Shown piece by piece: positions 1 to 8,012 of a DNA stretch of 64,000 nucleotides. Every line of letters starts with the position of its first letter. The stretch's first letter is position 1. The stretch covers positions 14,506 through 78,505 of the forward strand of contig CAWCTH010000005.1 in NCBI GenBank assembly GCA_963798445.1, in the 5' to 3' direction. Position numbers and translations under genes: made by a program. This DNA comes from an uncultured Acidimicrobiales bacterium (GTDB lineage Bacteria > Actinomycetota > Acidimicrobiia > Acidimicrobiales > Ilumatobacteraceae). Below the pieces are notes generated by a model. It was not told the origin of the DNA. It ran no database searches and saw nothing but the letters and a program-made list of their open reading frames with translations.

Positions 1-1134
1 ATCACATCATCGAACCGCCCGGCGTGTGGCAGGACCGGGTCCCGGCGCGCCATCGCGAGCGCCGCGCCCCATGTCGTCGTCGACGGCGGGCGCGAGTATT
101 GGGAGTACGAGGACGCCCGGGGCGAGACGATGGGCCTCAACGCGGTCGTCGGCAAGTCTCGCGACGAGTACAACCCGGACCCGATCCGGTTCGCCGATAT
201 GCGGCCCGGCTGCTTTGACCCGGTCGAGCGAGCCAGGGACATGCTGGCGGACGGGATCTACGCCAGCATCCTGTTCCCGACGCTGCCGCGTTTTGCCGGA
301 ACCTTGTTCCCCACGTTCAAGGACAAGGACCTGGCCGACGTGTGCGTGCGCGCCTACAACGACTTCGTCATCGAGGAGTGGTGCCCGGCTGGGCCGCCCG
401 GCATGTTCGTTCCCACCGTCATCTCCCAGCTCTGGGACCCGGCGCTGGGGGCGGCGGAGATCCGTCGCTGCGCCGAACTGGGCGCGCGCGCCCTGTCGTT
501 CCCCGAGAACCCGGTGCCGTTGGGCTTGCCGTCGTACTGGACCGACCATTGGGACCCGGTCTGGCGGGCCTGCGAGGACCACGACGTGGTGCTGTGCTTG
601 CACATCGGTACGAGTGGCGAGGTACCGGTCCCCAGCCCCGAGGCGCCCGCCATGCTGACCTTCTCGATGCTGCAGGTCGGCTCCATCATGTCGTCGGTCA
701 ACTTGATGATGAGCCCGGTGTGCCGCAAGTTCCCGCGACTCAAGTTCGTGTTCTCCGAAGGAGGCATCGGCTGGTTGCCCAACGCCCTGGAGCGGGCCGA
801 CCGGATGTGGCTGCGCCACAAGGTCTACAGCGGGCTCGACGACATCCTGCCCTCGGAGATTTACCGCCAGAACATGTACCTGTGCATGATCGAGGAGCCG
901 GTATGCCTGAAATACCGCGACGACATCGGCGTCGATCACATTATGTGGGAGTGCGACTATCCGCACACCGACACGACGTGGCCTGACTCGCAGTCGACCA
1001 CGGCCGAGGTGCTGAAGGCGGCTGGCGTCAACGCCGAGGAAGCCGATCTCATCACCCACGGCAACGCCGAGCGTGTCTTCCGGTGGAAGACGGCTGACCC
1101 GGCGGCACTCGCGGTCGCGTCGAGCACTCCATGA
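1..1134 (+). CDS. amidohydrolase-2 (PF04909-like) metal-dependent hydrolase; 5' end cut by window edge; apparent 1-nt insertion near nt 61-64
   Basis: ORF 130..1134 carries family-like segments (SILFPTLP, LHIGTSGE, FSEGGIGW, MWECDYPHTD). Upstream, 'HIIEPPGVWQDRVPARHRER' reads in the frame of nt 3 and continues as 'APHVVVDGGREYWEYED' in the frame of nt 64. Its stop overlaps the next start (ATGA at 1131). Confidence 0.65.
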   Translation: MTSSNRPACGRTGSRRAIASAAPHVVVDGGREYWEYEDARGETMGLNAVVGKSRDEYNPDPIRFADMRPGCFDPVERARDMLADGIYASILFPTLPRFAGTLFPTFKDKDLADVCVRAYNDFVIEEWCPAGPPGMFVPTVISQLWDPALGAAEIRRCAELGARALSFPENPVPLGLPSYWTDHWDPVWRACEDHDVVLCLHIGTSGEVPVPSPEAPAMLTFSMLQVGSIMSSVNLMMSPVCRKFPRLKFVFSEGGIGWLPNALERADRMWLRHKVYSGLDDILPSEIYRQNMYLCMIEEPVCLKYRDDIGVDHIMWECDYPHTDTTWPDSQSTTAEVLKAAGVNAEEADLITHGNAERVFRWKTADPAALAVASSTP

Positions 1135-1799
1135 GCGAGCCGCACAACGTTCTGACGGGTGAACGCCGATCCGGCTGCCCGGTGATCCACCTCGACACCG
1201 TGCGCGATCGACCGGTCGGTGAGTGGATGGCCGACCTGAACTGGCTTCGGCAGGCCAGCCCGATCTACTGGAACAGCCACGGTGGCTATTGGGTGCTGAC
1301 TCGTGCCTCGCTGGCGCTCGAGGTGTTCCAGAACCCCATCGTCTTCACCAACGACTCGATCACCCCCGGCGATCCCGACCCCGAGTACAAGTGGATCCCC
1401 TCGAACATCAACCCGCCGACGCACGTGCAGTACCGCCAGATCCTGAACCATGCCTTCAGCCCGGCCGCCGTGGCGCGCGTCGAGCCGAACGCCCGGCGGT
1501 ACTGCTCCATGGCCATCGACGAGGTCGTGGACAAGGGTCGATGCGACTACGTCGCCGCTATCGGCGGCGTCTTCCCGACACGCGTGTTCCTCGACCGGGC
1601 CAAGAACAACCACCTGTCGTTCGGGGGTGGACCACACCGCTGCCTTGGATCCCACCTCGCGCGCATGGAGATGGCCGTCGGTCTCGAGGAGTGGCATCGA
1701 AGGATCCCCGCCTACCGGCTGGCCTGTCCCGTCGCTGACGTGATCGAACGAGGCGGCCAGCTGAGCCTGCGCTCGCTCCCGCTCGTCTGGGACACCTGA
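1131..1799 (+). CDS. cytochrome P450 remnant with in-frame internal deletion (222 aa instead of about 400)
   Basis: The N-terminal ~150 aa parallel the N-terminal third of the full-length P450 at 18790 ('PPTHVQYRQILNHAFSP' versus 'EGDAHGRLRRIVAPAFTP'). This runs directly into the Cys-heme loop 'NNHLSFGGGPHRCLGSHLARME'. No I-helix AGxxT or K-helix ExxR is present. Confidence 0.7.
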   Translation: MSEPHNVLTGERRSGCPVIHLDTVRDRPVGEWMADLNWLRQASPIYWNSHGGYWVLTRASLALEVFQNPIVFTNDSITPGDPDPEYKWIPSNINPPTHVQYRQILNHAFSPAAVARVEPNARRYCSMAIDEVVDKGRCDYVAAIGGVFPTRVFLDRAKNNHLSFGGGPHRCLGSHLARMEMAVGLEEWHRRIPAYRLACPVADVIERGGQLSLRSLPLVWDT

Positions 1800-1801
1800 C
1801 C

Positions 1802-2269
1802 GTGCACGAACTCGAGGAGCGCCTTGCGCGCCAAGAGGCCGCCGAGGACGTGAGGACGTTGGTGGCGGCCTATGCCGATGCCTGTGACGCGCAGGACCTG
1901 AACCGGCTCGAGGCCATCTTCGCCCCCGACGTCGTCGTGTCGGTGCCCGGCATGTCGTGGGAGGGCCTCGACGCAGTGCGGGGGTTCTTCCGTGACGCCT
2001 GGTCGGCGAGCCCCTACCCGTCACGACACTTCATCAGCAACGTTGCTATGCGCCGGCTCGAACCCGGCCGGGTCGAAGCCACCGCCTACTTCCTGTACGT
2101 CACGAGCTCCGGCGACGATGGCTCCAAGATCGGCTGGGGTTCCTACCGGGACACGTACGTCCGTCACGACGGCCGGCTCGTGGTGCAAGCCAAACACATC
2201 ACCATGGACCTGCTCGTCGACGCACGCGAGGGGTGGGGCGCGGCCATGCGCAGCGCCGGCCAGCGGTGA
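1802..2269 (+). CDS. SnoaL-like / NTF2-fold protein
   Basis: 155-aa ORF with a GTG start 2 nt after the P450 stop. The N-terminus 'LEERLARQEAAEDVRTLVAAYADACDAQDLNRLEAIFAPD' is typical of the SnoaL_4-type NTF2 fold. Confidence 0.55.
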   Translation: MHELEERLARQEAAEDVRTLVAAYADACDAQDLNRLEAIFAPDVVVSVPGMSWEGLDAVRGFFRDAWSASPYPSRHFISNVAMRRLEPGRVEATAYFLYVTSSGDDGSKIGWGSYRDTYVRHDGRLVVQAKHITMDLLVDAREGWGAAMRSAGQR

Positions 2270-2320
2270 GTGAGACTCGGGTCACCAGTCAGAGGTCGTC
2301 ATCAACCAAGGAGTCATGGT

Positions 2321-3466
2321 ATGACCGTTGCCATCGTCGGCGTCGGCGAAGTCGAGCCGGCATGGAAGCACGATCGGCCCGTTCTCGGACTCGTCGTCGA
2401 CGCCACCCGCCGGGCGCTCGCTGATGCCGGCCTCACCGGAAGCGACGTCGACGGCATCGCCACCGAGGCCGAGACCATGCACGGCGCCCGCGCCGACGAG
2501 GTCGGGGTCGCCATCGGCGCCCACGGGCGGCGGTTCAGCGCCCAGTCCTCCATCGCCGGCGCCGGCGTCATCGCCGCGCTGCAGCTGGCCGAGCTCGCCA
2601 TCGACGCCGGTCTGGCCGACGTCGTCGTCAGCTACTACGGGATCAGCCTCAGCCGCCAGGTTGGGGGGCCGTACAACGTGCACGCCGAGGACCCCGCCAA
2701 GGCCGCCCTCGAAATGCCGTTCGGCTTCTTCGGCCAACCCGTCTATTTCGCCGCGCTGGCGCAACGCTACGCCTACGAGTACGGACTCACAGCCGAGCAA
2801 CTCGGTTCGGTGCCGATCGCCGCGAGGGCATTCGCGCAGCGAACTCCCGGTGCGCTCAAACAAGCGCCGCTCGACCTCGACGGCTACCTCGCCGACCACG
2901 TCGTCGCCGACCCGCTGCGCCGCCTCGACTGCTGCCTCATCAACGATGCCGCGGCGGCCTTCGTCGTCACCAGCGCGGAACGCGCACGCGACCTTCGCCG
3001 GCCCCCCGTCCTCGTCGCCGGCACGGGATTCGGCACCAAGCCCGTCACCGAAGCGGGCTACTTCACCCAGAGCCCGCAGTATCTCGAGATGGCATCCGTG
3101 GAGTCAGGGCGCCGGGCGTTCGCGGCCGCCAAGCTCACGCCCGCGGACGTCGACATCGCCGAGATCTACGACTGCTTCACGATGTCGGTCATCCTCCAGC
3201 TCGAGGACCTGGGGTTCGCCAAGAAGGGCCAAGGGGCGGAGTTCGCGGCCAGCGGCGCCATCGGTCCGAACGGGTCGCTGCCTACGAACACGCACGGCGG
3301 GTTGCTGTCCCAGTCGTACACCGTCGGTGCGGGACACGTCGTCGAGGCGGTCCGTCAGCTGCGGGGCGAACGCGGTGACGGGCAGATCCCCGGCGCCGAG
3401 GTCGCCGTCGTAACCGGGCTCGGGGCGATGGATCACGCCACCGCCATCCTCACGAAGGACACCTGA
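2321..3466 (+). CDS. thiolase-like lipid-transfer protein (SCP-x/Ltp type)
   Basis: ATG at 2321 is preceded by AAGGAG (2308-2313). The sequence is 'MTVAIVGVGE..', has thiolase-fold length, and has a C-terminal 'NTHGGLLSQSYTVGAGHVVEAVRQLRGE' region. It is followed by a DUF35 partner gene. Confidence 0.8.
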   Translation: MTVAIVGVGEVEPAWKHDRPVLGLVVDATRRALADAGLTGSDVDGIATEAETMHGARADEVGVAIGAHGRRFSAQSSIAGAGVIAALQLAELAIDAGLADVVVSYYGISLSRQVGGPYNVHAEDPAKAALEMPFGFFGQPVYFAALAQRYAYEYGLTAEQLGSVPIAARAFAQRTPGALKQAPLDLDGYLADHVVADPLRRLDCCLINDAAAAFVVTSAERARDLRRPPVLVAGTGFGTKPVTEAGYFTQSPQYLEMASVESGRRAFAAAKLTPADVDIAEIYDCFTMSVILQLEDLGFAKKGQGAEFAASGAIGPNGSLPTNTHGGLLSQSYTVGAGHVVEAVRQLRGERGDGQIPGAEVAVVTGLGAMDHATAILTKDT

Positions 3467-3470
3467 ACGG

Positions 3471-3881
3471 ATGCCCGCACCGCTGTTTGTCCCGCCCCGT
3501 CACGGGTTCACCCAGCCGTTTTGGGATGGCGTCGCCGCGGGCGAGCTCCGGCTGCCACGCTGCTCCGCGTGCCAGGCCTGGCAGTGGTACCCGATGCCAG
3601 GCGTCGACCACTGCGCCGGAGCCGCGATCGAGTGGACACGGGTTCGGCCAGACGGACGCATCTTCACGTTCACGACGGTGCGACGACCGTTCCTTCCCAG
3701 CGCCAGCACGGCCGACGTCCCATTCACCACCGTTCTCGTCGAGCTTGACGACGCTCCCGGTCTTCGCCTCGTCGGGCGCCTCGTCGACGGCGTCGAGCCG
3801 ACCATCGGCATGCGGGTGATCGCCGAGTTCGCCAACGACACCGACGGCGCCGACGTACGGGTCAAGCCGTCGGGCGGATGA
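3471..3881 (+). CDS. DUF35 OB-fold / zinc-ribbon protein (thiolase partner)
   Basis: 136 aa. It has 'FWDGVAAGELRLPRCSACQAWQWYP...C' (zinc ribbon) followed by an OB-like region. It sits immediately downstream of the thiolase-like gene, the usual pairing. Confidence 0.8.
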   Translation: MPAPLFVPPRHGFTQPFWDGVAAGELRLPRCSACQAWQWYPMPGVDHCAGAAIEWTRVRPDGRIFTFTTVRRPFLPSASTADVPFTTVLVELDDAPGLRLVGRLVDGVEPTIGMRVIAEFANDTDGADVRVKPSGG

Positions 3882-3917
3882 CCGAACGTCGATCTGAACA
3901 CGAGGGTCAGGATCGAA

Positions 3918-4700
3918 TCAGCGCCACTCGATGAGCTCGTGCAGCCTCGATGGCCAATAGGCGCCGTAGTAGTCGTACTGCGCTTGGAAGTGCGCCGCCA
4001 TGAGCCGTGCCGCCCTGTCGGCGTGCCCTCGGGCGATGGCACGGGCGAGGGCGGCGTGCTCGTCGAGGATGGCCTCGCGAAGCTCGACCGGGTCCATGGT
4101 GGCCACGACGTGGTCGGCCACGATGCTGGTGATGGCGCTCGTCACGAGAGCGAGGACGGGATTGGCGCTGAGGCGGTACACCTCGTTGTGAAACGCCGAC
4201 GTGTGGGTGCGATAGCTCACCTCGGACTCGATGTCGGGCACGTCGAAGAACGGCGTCATCGCGTCGTGGCTCTCGGGGTTGCGGGCCGCCAACTGGGCAC
4301 ACAGCGGCTCGAGCAGGACCTGGGTGGCCATCAGCTGGCCATACGTCGAGGAATCGAGGTGGAAGTAGAGGGTCGCCGTGCGGGCCAGATGGGACGCCTT
4401 GACGCTGCCCACGACCGGGCCGCCTCCGGGACCAGGCTTGAGCCGGATCAACCCCTGCACCTCCAGCAGGCGCAACGCCTCCCGCAAGGACGCTCGGCTC
4501 ACGTCGTACTGCTCGACCATGGCCGCCTCGAGGGGCAGACGATCTCCCGCCTGCAGGCCCTGGGCGACGATGTCGTGCACGATGTCGAGCGCGACCCGCT
4601 CGGACGTCTTGCGGGTCCGCCGCCCGTCGGTCCCATGGTGGGCGCCGGTCGCCAATGTGACCCGCTCGCCGTCGGTCTGGTGGTCGTTGACTCGAGCCAT
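3918..4700 (-). CDS. GntR-family transcriptional regulator, FadR subfamily
   Basis: I trimmed the 391-aa ORF to the ATG at 4700 (MARVNDHQ). The winged-HTH region is 'LPLEAAMVEQYDVSRASLREALRLLEVQGLIRLKPGPGGGPVV', followed by an all-helical FCD-like C-terminal domain ending LIEWR. Confidence 0.85.
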   Translation of the reverse strand: MARVNDHQTDGERVTLATGAHHGTDGRRTRKTSERVALDIVHDIVAQGLQAGDRLPLEAAMVEQYDVSRASLREALRLLEVQGLIRLKPGPGGGPVVGSVKASHLARTATLYFHLDSSTYGQLMATQVLLEPLCAQLAARNPESHDAMTPFFDVPDIESEVSYRTHTSAFHNEVYRLSANPVLALVTSAITSIVADHVVATMDPVELREAILDEHAALARAIARGHADRAARLMAAHFQAQYDYYGAYWPSRLHELIEWR

Positions 4701-4790
4701 CGCTACCACGGTCCGTCGGCGGGCCAGGGCGGGCGGCGGCAGGGCTCGAAAGCCCAGCGTCCAGCATTGAGAGAGCGGCAAAGGAACGAC

Positions 4791-4808
4791 ATGATGATGA
4801 TGATGATG
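4791..4808. repeat. (ATG)6 / (CAT)6 trinucleotide microsatellite in a divergent intergenic region
   Basis: Six perfect ATG units are read directly at 4791-4808, between the regulator start (4700, -) and the SDR start (4887, +). Confidence 0.9.
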
Positions 4809-4886
4809 ACCATACTGCCCGGCCATCCCGACAATGTGATTGCAGGAACACGACGGGCGTGCAGAGCGCACGGTACAGTCCCCAGC

Positions 4887-5654
4887 ATGAGCGGTGACGC
4901 CGAGGGGCCACTCGCCGGCAAAGTCGCACTCGTCACTGGTGGCAGCCGTGGCCTGGGACGGGAGATGGTGCTCGCCTTCGCCAAGGCGGGCGCGGACGTC
5001 GTCATCTCTAGTCGGAAGCAGGACTCCTGTGACGAACTGGCCAAGGAAGTTGTCGCCGGCACGGGGCGGCGGGCGCTGGCCCAGGCGTGTCACGTGGGGC
5101 GCTGGGCCGAGCTGGAGATGCTGGCCGACGCCGCTTACGACGCGTTTGGCCGTGTGGACGTGCTGGTCAACAACGCCGGCATGTCGCCGCTGTACCCCTC
5201 GCTCGTCGACGTCACCGAGGACCTGTTCGACAAGGTCATCGGCGTGAACCTCAAAGGCCCGTTCCGCCTGACGGCGCTCATCGGGGGGCGCATGGCAGCG
5301 GGTGAGGGCGGCTCGGTCATCAACGTGAGCAGCGTGGCCGCTGAGCGCCCGACGCCCACCGACCTGCCGTACGCCGCCGCCAAAGCCGGACTCGACGCGT
5401 TCACCGCCGGCTTCGCTCAGGCCTACGGACCCAAAGTACGCGTCAACACCATCATGGCCGGCCCGTTCCTGACCGACATCTCGAAGGCCTGGGACCTAGC
5501 GGCCTTCGAGCAGCACGCCGCCAAGTACCCACTGGGTAGGGGTGGCCAACCCAACGAGGTGGTGGGTGCGGCCCTCTACTTTGCTACGGCCGCCTCAAGC
5601 TTCACGACCGGTTCGATCCTTCGTGTCGACGGGGGTATGGGCGTCTCGTCCTGA
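4887..5654 (+). CDS. SDR-family oxidoreductase
   Basis: ATG at 4887. Cofactor motif 'VALVTGGSRGLG', 'NNAG', and catalytic 'YAAAKAG'. 255 aa. Confidence 0.85.
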   Translation: MSGDAEGPLAGKVALVTGGSRGLGREMVLAFAKAGADVVISSRKQDSCDELAKEVVAGTGRRALAQACHVGRWAELEMLADAAYDAFGRVDVLVNNAGMSPLYPSLVDVTEDLFDKVIGVNLKGPFRLTALIGGRMAAGEGGSVINVSSVAAERPTPTDLPYAAAKAGLDAFTAGFAQAYGPKVRVNTIMAGPFLTDISKAWDLAAFEQHAAKYPLGRGGQPNEVVGAALYFATAASSFTTGSILRVDGGMGVSS

Positions 5655-5702
5655 GCCAGTCGACGACCCACTCGTGTTCGTACCGGTGGCGACGTTCGGG
5701 CG

Positions 5703-6491
5703 TCATGACGTCGCGCTGCCGCCATCGACGCTCCAGGCGACACCGGTGATGTTCGCCCCGGTTTCGCTCGCCATGAGAACGGCGACAGCGGCGACCTGCT
5801 CGACGCTAGACAGCCGCTTCGTGGCCGAGTGCTTCACGAAGTCCTGGACGACGTCGTGGTACGTCCCGCCTGTCGTGATCGCCAACTTCTCGCCGTTCCG
5901 AACAAAGGTGTCGGTCTCCACGGCACCCGGGCAGATCGCGTTGCACGTGATGCCGAGCTCGCCGTACTCGATGGCGACCGACTTCGTGAACCCGTGGAGC
6001 GCGTGCTTCGAGGTGACGTAGGGCGAAATAGCCGGCAGCGACGCCAGCTTGCCTTCTACGGAGGAAATGTTGATGATCCGCCCCCACCGGCGAGCAACCA
6101 TGGTGGCGAGCGCCTGGCGCGTCGCCCAGAACGCCGAGTACAGGTTGAGCACGACCCCGCTCTCCCAGCCCTCGTCGGACAGCTCGTGAACCAAGTTGAA
6201 CTCACTGGCGGCGCCGCCCACGTTGTTCACGAGCACATCGACCGTGCCGTAACTCTCGACGCACGCACGTATCGCCGCCGCCGCCTGAACCCGATCGGTC
6301 GCGTCGGCCGGCACGAACTGCGCCCGCTCCCCGACCCCGAGGTCGGCGAGCACCCTTGCGCCCCGCTCGGAGGATCGCCCGCTGAGCGACACCGTCGCCC
6401 CAGCGTCGAGGAAGGCCCGTGCGATCCCCTTGCCGATCCCGTCCGTGCCGCCGGTGATCGCCGCGACCCGGCCTGCCATGGCTCCAACCAC
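5703..6491 (-). CDS. SDR-family oxidoreductase
   Basis: 'VAAITGGTDGIGKGIA', 'NNVG', 'YVTSKHA'. 262 aa. A GTG start at 6491 has a G-rich RBS upstream; an ATG at 6479 is the alternative. Confidence 0.85.
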   Translation of the reverse strand: MVGAMAGRVAAITGGTDGIGKGIARAFLDAGATVSLSGRSSERGARVLADLGVGERAQFVPADATDRVQAAAAIRACVESYGTVDVLVNNVGGAASEFNLVHELSDEGWESGVVLNLYSAFWATRQALATMVARRWGRIINISSVEGKLASLPAISPYVTSKHALHGFTKSVAIEYGELGITCNAICPGAVETDTFVRNGEKLAITTGGTYHDVVQDFVKHSATKRLSSVEQVAAVAVLMASETGANITGVAWSVDGGSATS

Positions 6492-6551
6492 GTGGCCCCC
6501 CTTCCGTGATTTCCGGCGACGATAACGCAGCAGGACCGGGCCGTCAATAGT

Positions 6552-6563
6552 TCATCATGATGA
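6552..6563. promoter_or_regulatory. perfect 12-bp palindrome TCATCATGATGA upstream of the SDR gene at 5703..6491
   Basis: Read directly. It lies about 60 nt upstream of the SDR start, in a locally A/T-richer pocket (6540-6640). Confidence 0.3.
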
Positions 6564-6696
6564 TCTCCATGGATGTCGCCGGCCTGGCTCAGCGCCCCGT
6601 CGCCCGGAGGTTGACTCGATTCATAATGAGGAATAGGGTGAGCAGGGACGCGGTGGCTGGCCCTTGTGCCGAGGCCGCGACTGGAGGGTCAGCGCT

Positions 6697-6867
6697 GTGC
6701 GTAGGTGGATCAACGACCTGACTGGGGAGCAACTCGACGAGGACCAGCTCAGTCAGCTTCGCGAGCGTGCCCACCGCCTGTACGAAGCCAACGTCCACAT
6801 CTTCGAGGATGAGGATGAGGCGGTGCTGGCCTTGGGTTTCGTGCTCGCCCACGAGCGCCGTACATAG
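6697..6867 (+). CDS. small hypothetical acidic protein (56 aa)
   Basis: GTG at 6697 sits 8 nt after GGAGGG (6683-6688). The translation 'RRWINDLTGEQLDEDQLSQLRERAHRLYEANVHIFEDEDEAVLALGFVLAHERRT' looks helical and non-random. I recognise no family. Confidence 0.3.
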   Translation: MRRWINDLTGEQLDEDQLSQLRERAHRLYEANVHIFEDEDEAVLALGFVLAHERRT

Positions 6868-7032
6868 CTGGCCGAGGATCGTGTGGACCACCGTGGCCCA
6901 CGCCGACTCGGCGGGGGGACGGCCGGCGCTCCACCGCAGGTATCAGGGTTGACATTGCTCATGATGTTCTTTTCGACGGACTTCCCGCATCCCACCAGCA
7001 TGTCGCCACTTCGACCGAGGCAGCCGGCGCGG

Positions 7033-7918
7033 TCAGGAGTGGTCAATACCTAGTGCTTCGGCGGTGGACTTGAGTGATCGCCGCTTGTGCTCCAGATCGC
7101 CTTCACGGGGCCACAGCTGATCGGCCCACACCAGGACGTGCTCGAAACCCGCGGTCTCGTAGCGGCGCAGTTCGGCGGAGTCGGCTCGGGCGACGCGCAC
7201 GAATATCGGGAAGGGGGTGTCCTGGCCGCCGGCGGCCCGGTGCTCGAGCACGCGATCGCGGAGCCGTACCGCTTCCTCGAACGACGGCGTACCGGAACTG
7301 AACCATCCGTCACCCAGGGCGGCCGCTCGACGTAGAGCGCGGCTCGGTGTTCCCGCCCAAGATCAGCGGAACGTCTACCGGCTGGGCCGTGACTTGGACC
7401 CGGTCGAAGGAGAACAGGGGGCCATCGTGGGAGAACTGCCTGGCGCTCCACGCGTCCCGCAGGATCGCGATCGTTTCGTCCATGCGGCCCGCTCGGTCGT
7501 CGAAAGGCACGTCGAGCGCGTCGAACTCTTCACGCAACCAGCCGGATCCGACCCCGAGCAGGAACCGTCCGTCGGCCGCGTTCTGGAGGGTGATGGTCAT
7601 GCGTGCGGTGATCAGCGGGTGGCGGAGGGGAAGGATGAAGATCCCGGTGGCCAGCCGTAGCCGGCTGGTCGCCGCCGCGCAGGCGGCCAACGCGACGAGC
7701 GGATCGATCAGTGTCGTGGATGGGTCGACGATGGGCCCGGTGTGATGCTGGTGTGCGGTGTCACCGGTGGTGGGATGATCGCTCTCGTAGTCGAGCGGCA
7801 GGACGATGTGCTCGCCGAGCCAGAGGGAGTCGAAACCGAACTCATCAGCGGCGACCGCCAACCGCACCAGTTCCGCGGCCGAGATGTCGTAGGCCGACAA
7901 GCCGATGCGCAGACTCAT
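7033..7918 (-). pseudogene. LLM-class (luciferase-like) F420/flavin-dependent oxidoreductase, split by a 1-nt insertion near 7339
   Basis: 'MSLRIGLSAYD...FDSLWLGEHIV...LGVGSGWLREEF...PLILGGNTEP' (ORF 7310..8137, true start ATG 7918) continues in another frame. The continuation is 'ALRRAAALGDGWFSSGTPSFEEAVRLRDRVLEH...' (ORF 7033..7251 and its upstream extension). Confidence 0.8.
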
Positions 7919-8012
7919 CGCCCGACCTTGTCCAGCGGCTCGCCGCGAGTCGTCGCGCCGGCAACGCCGTTGACAACGGCGGCCTTGGTGTCGTCGGAGC
8001 GGCGACGCGGCG

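Noticed and set aside
4791-4826. Possibility that the (CAT)6 tract encodes a natural His6 N-terminal tag on the FadR regulator (start at 4826), or a Met6 extension on the SDR.
   Set aside because: Codons across 4701-4886 are rich in T-ending and rare codons (TAT, GGT, CAT, GTT, CCT, TCT, TTT), unlike the flanking genes. Both proteins have conventional starts closer in. I kept it only as a remark in the microsatellite finding.
6868-7032. TTGACA at about 6944-6949 as a promoter for a downstream plus-strand gene.
   Set aside because: No acceptable -10 hexamer lies at 16-19 nt, and no plus-strand gene follows. The next gene, the LLM oxidoreductase, is on the minus strand and ends here.
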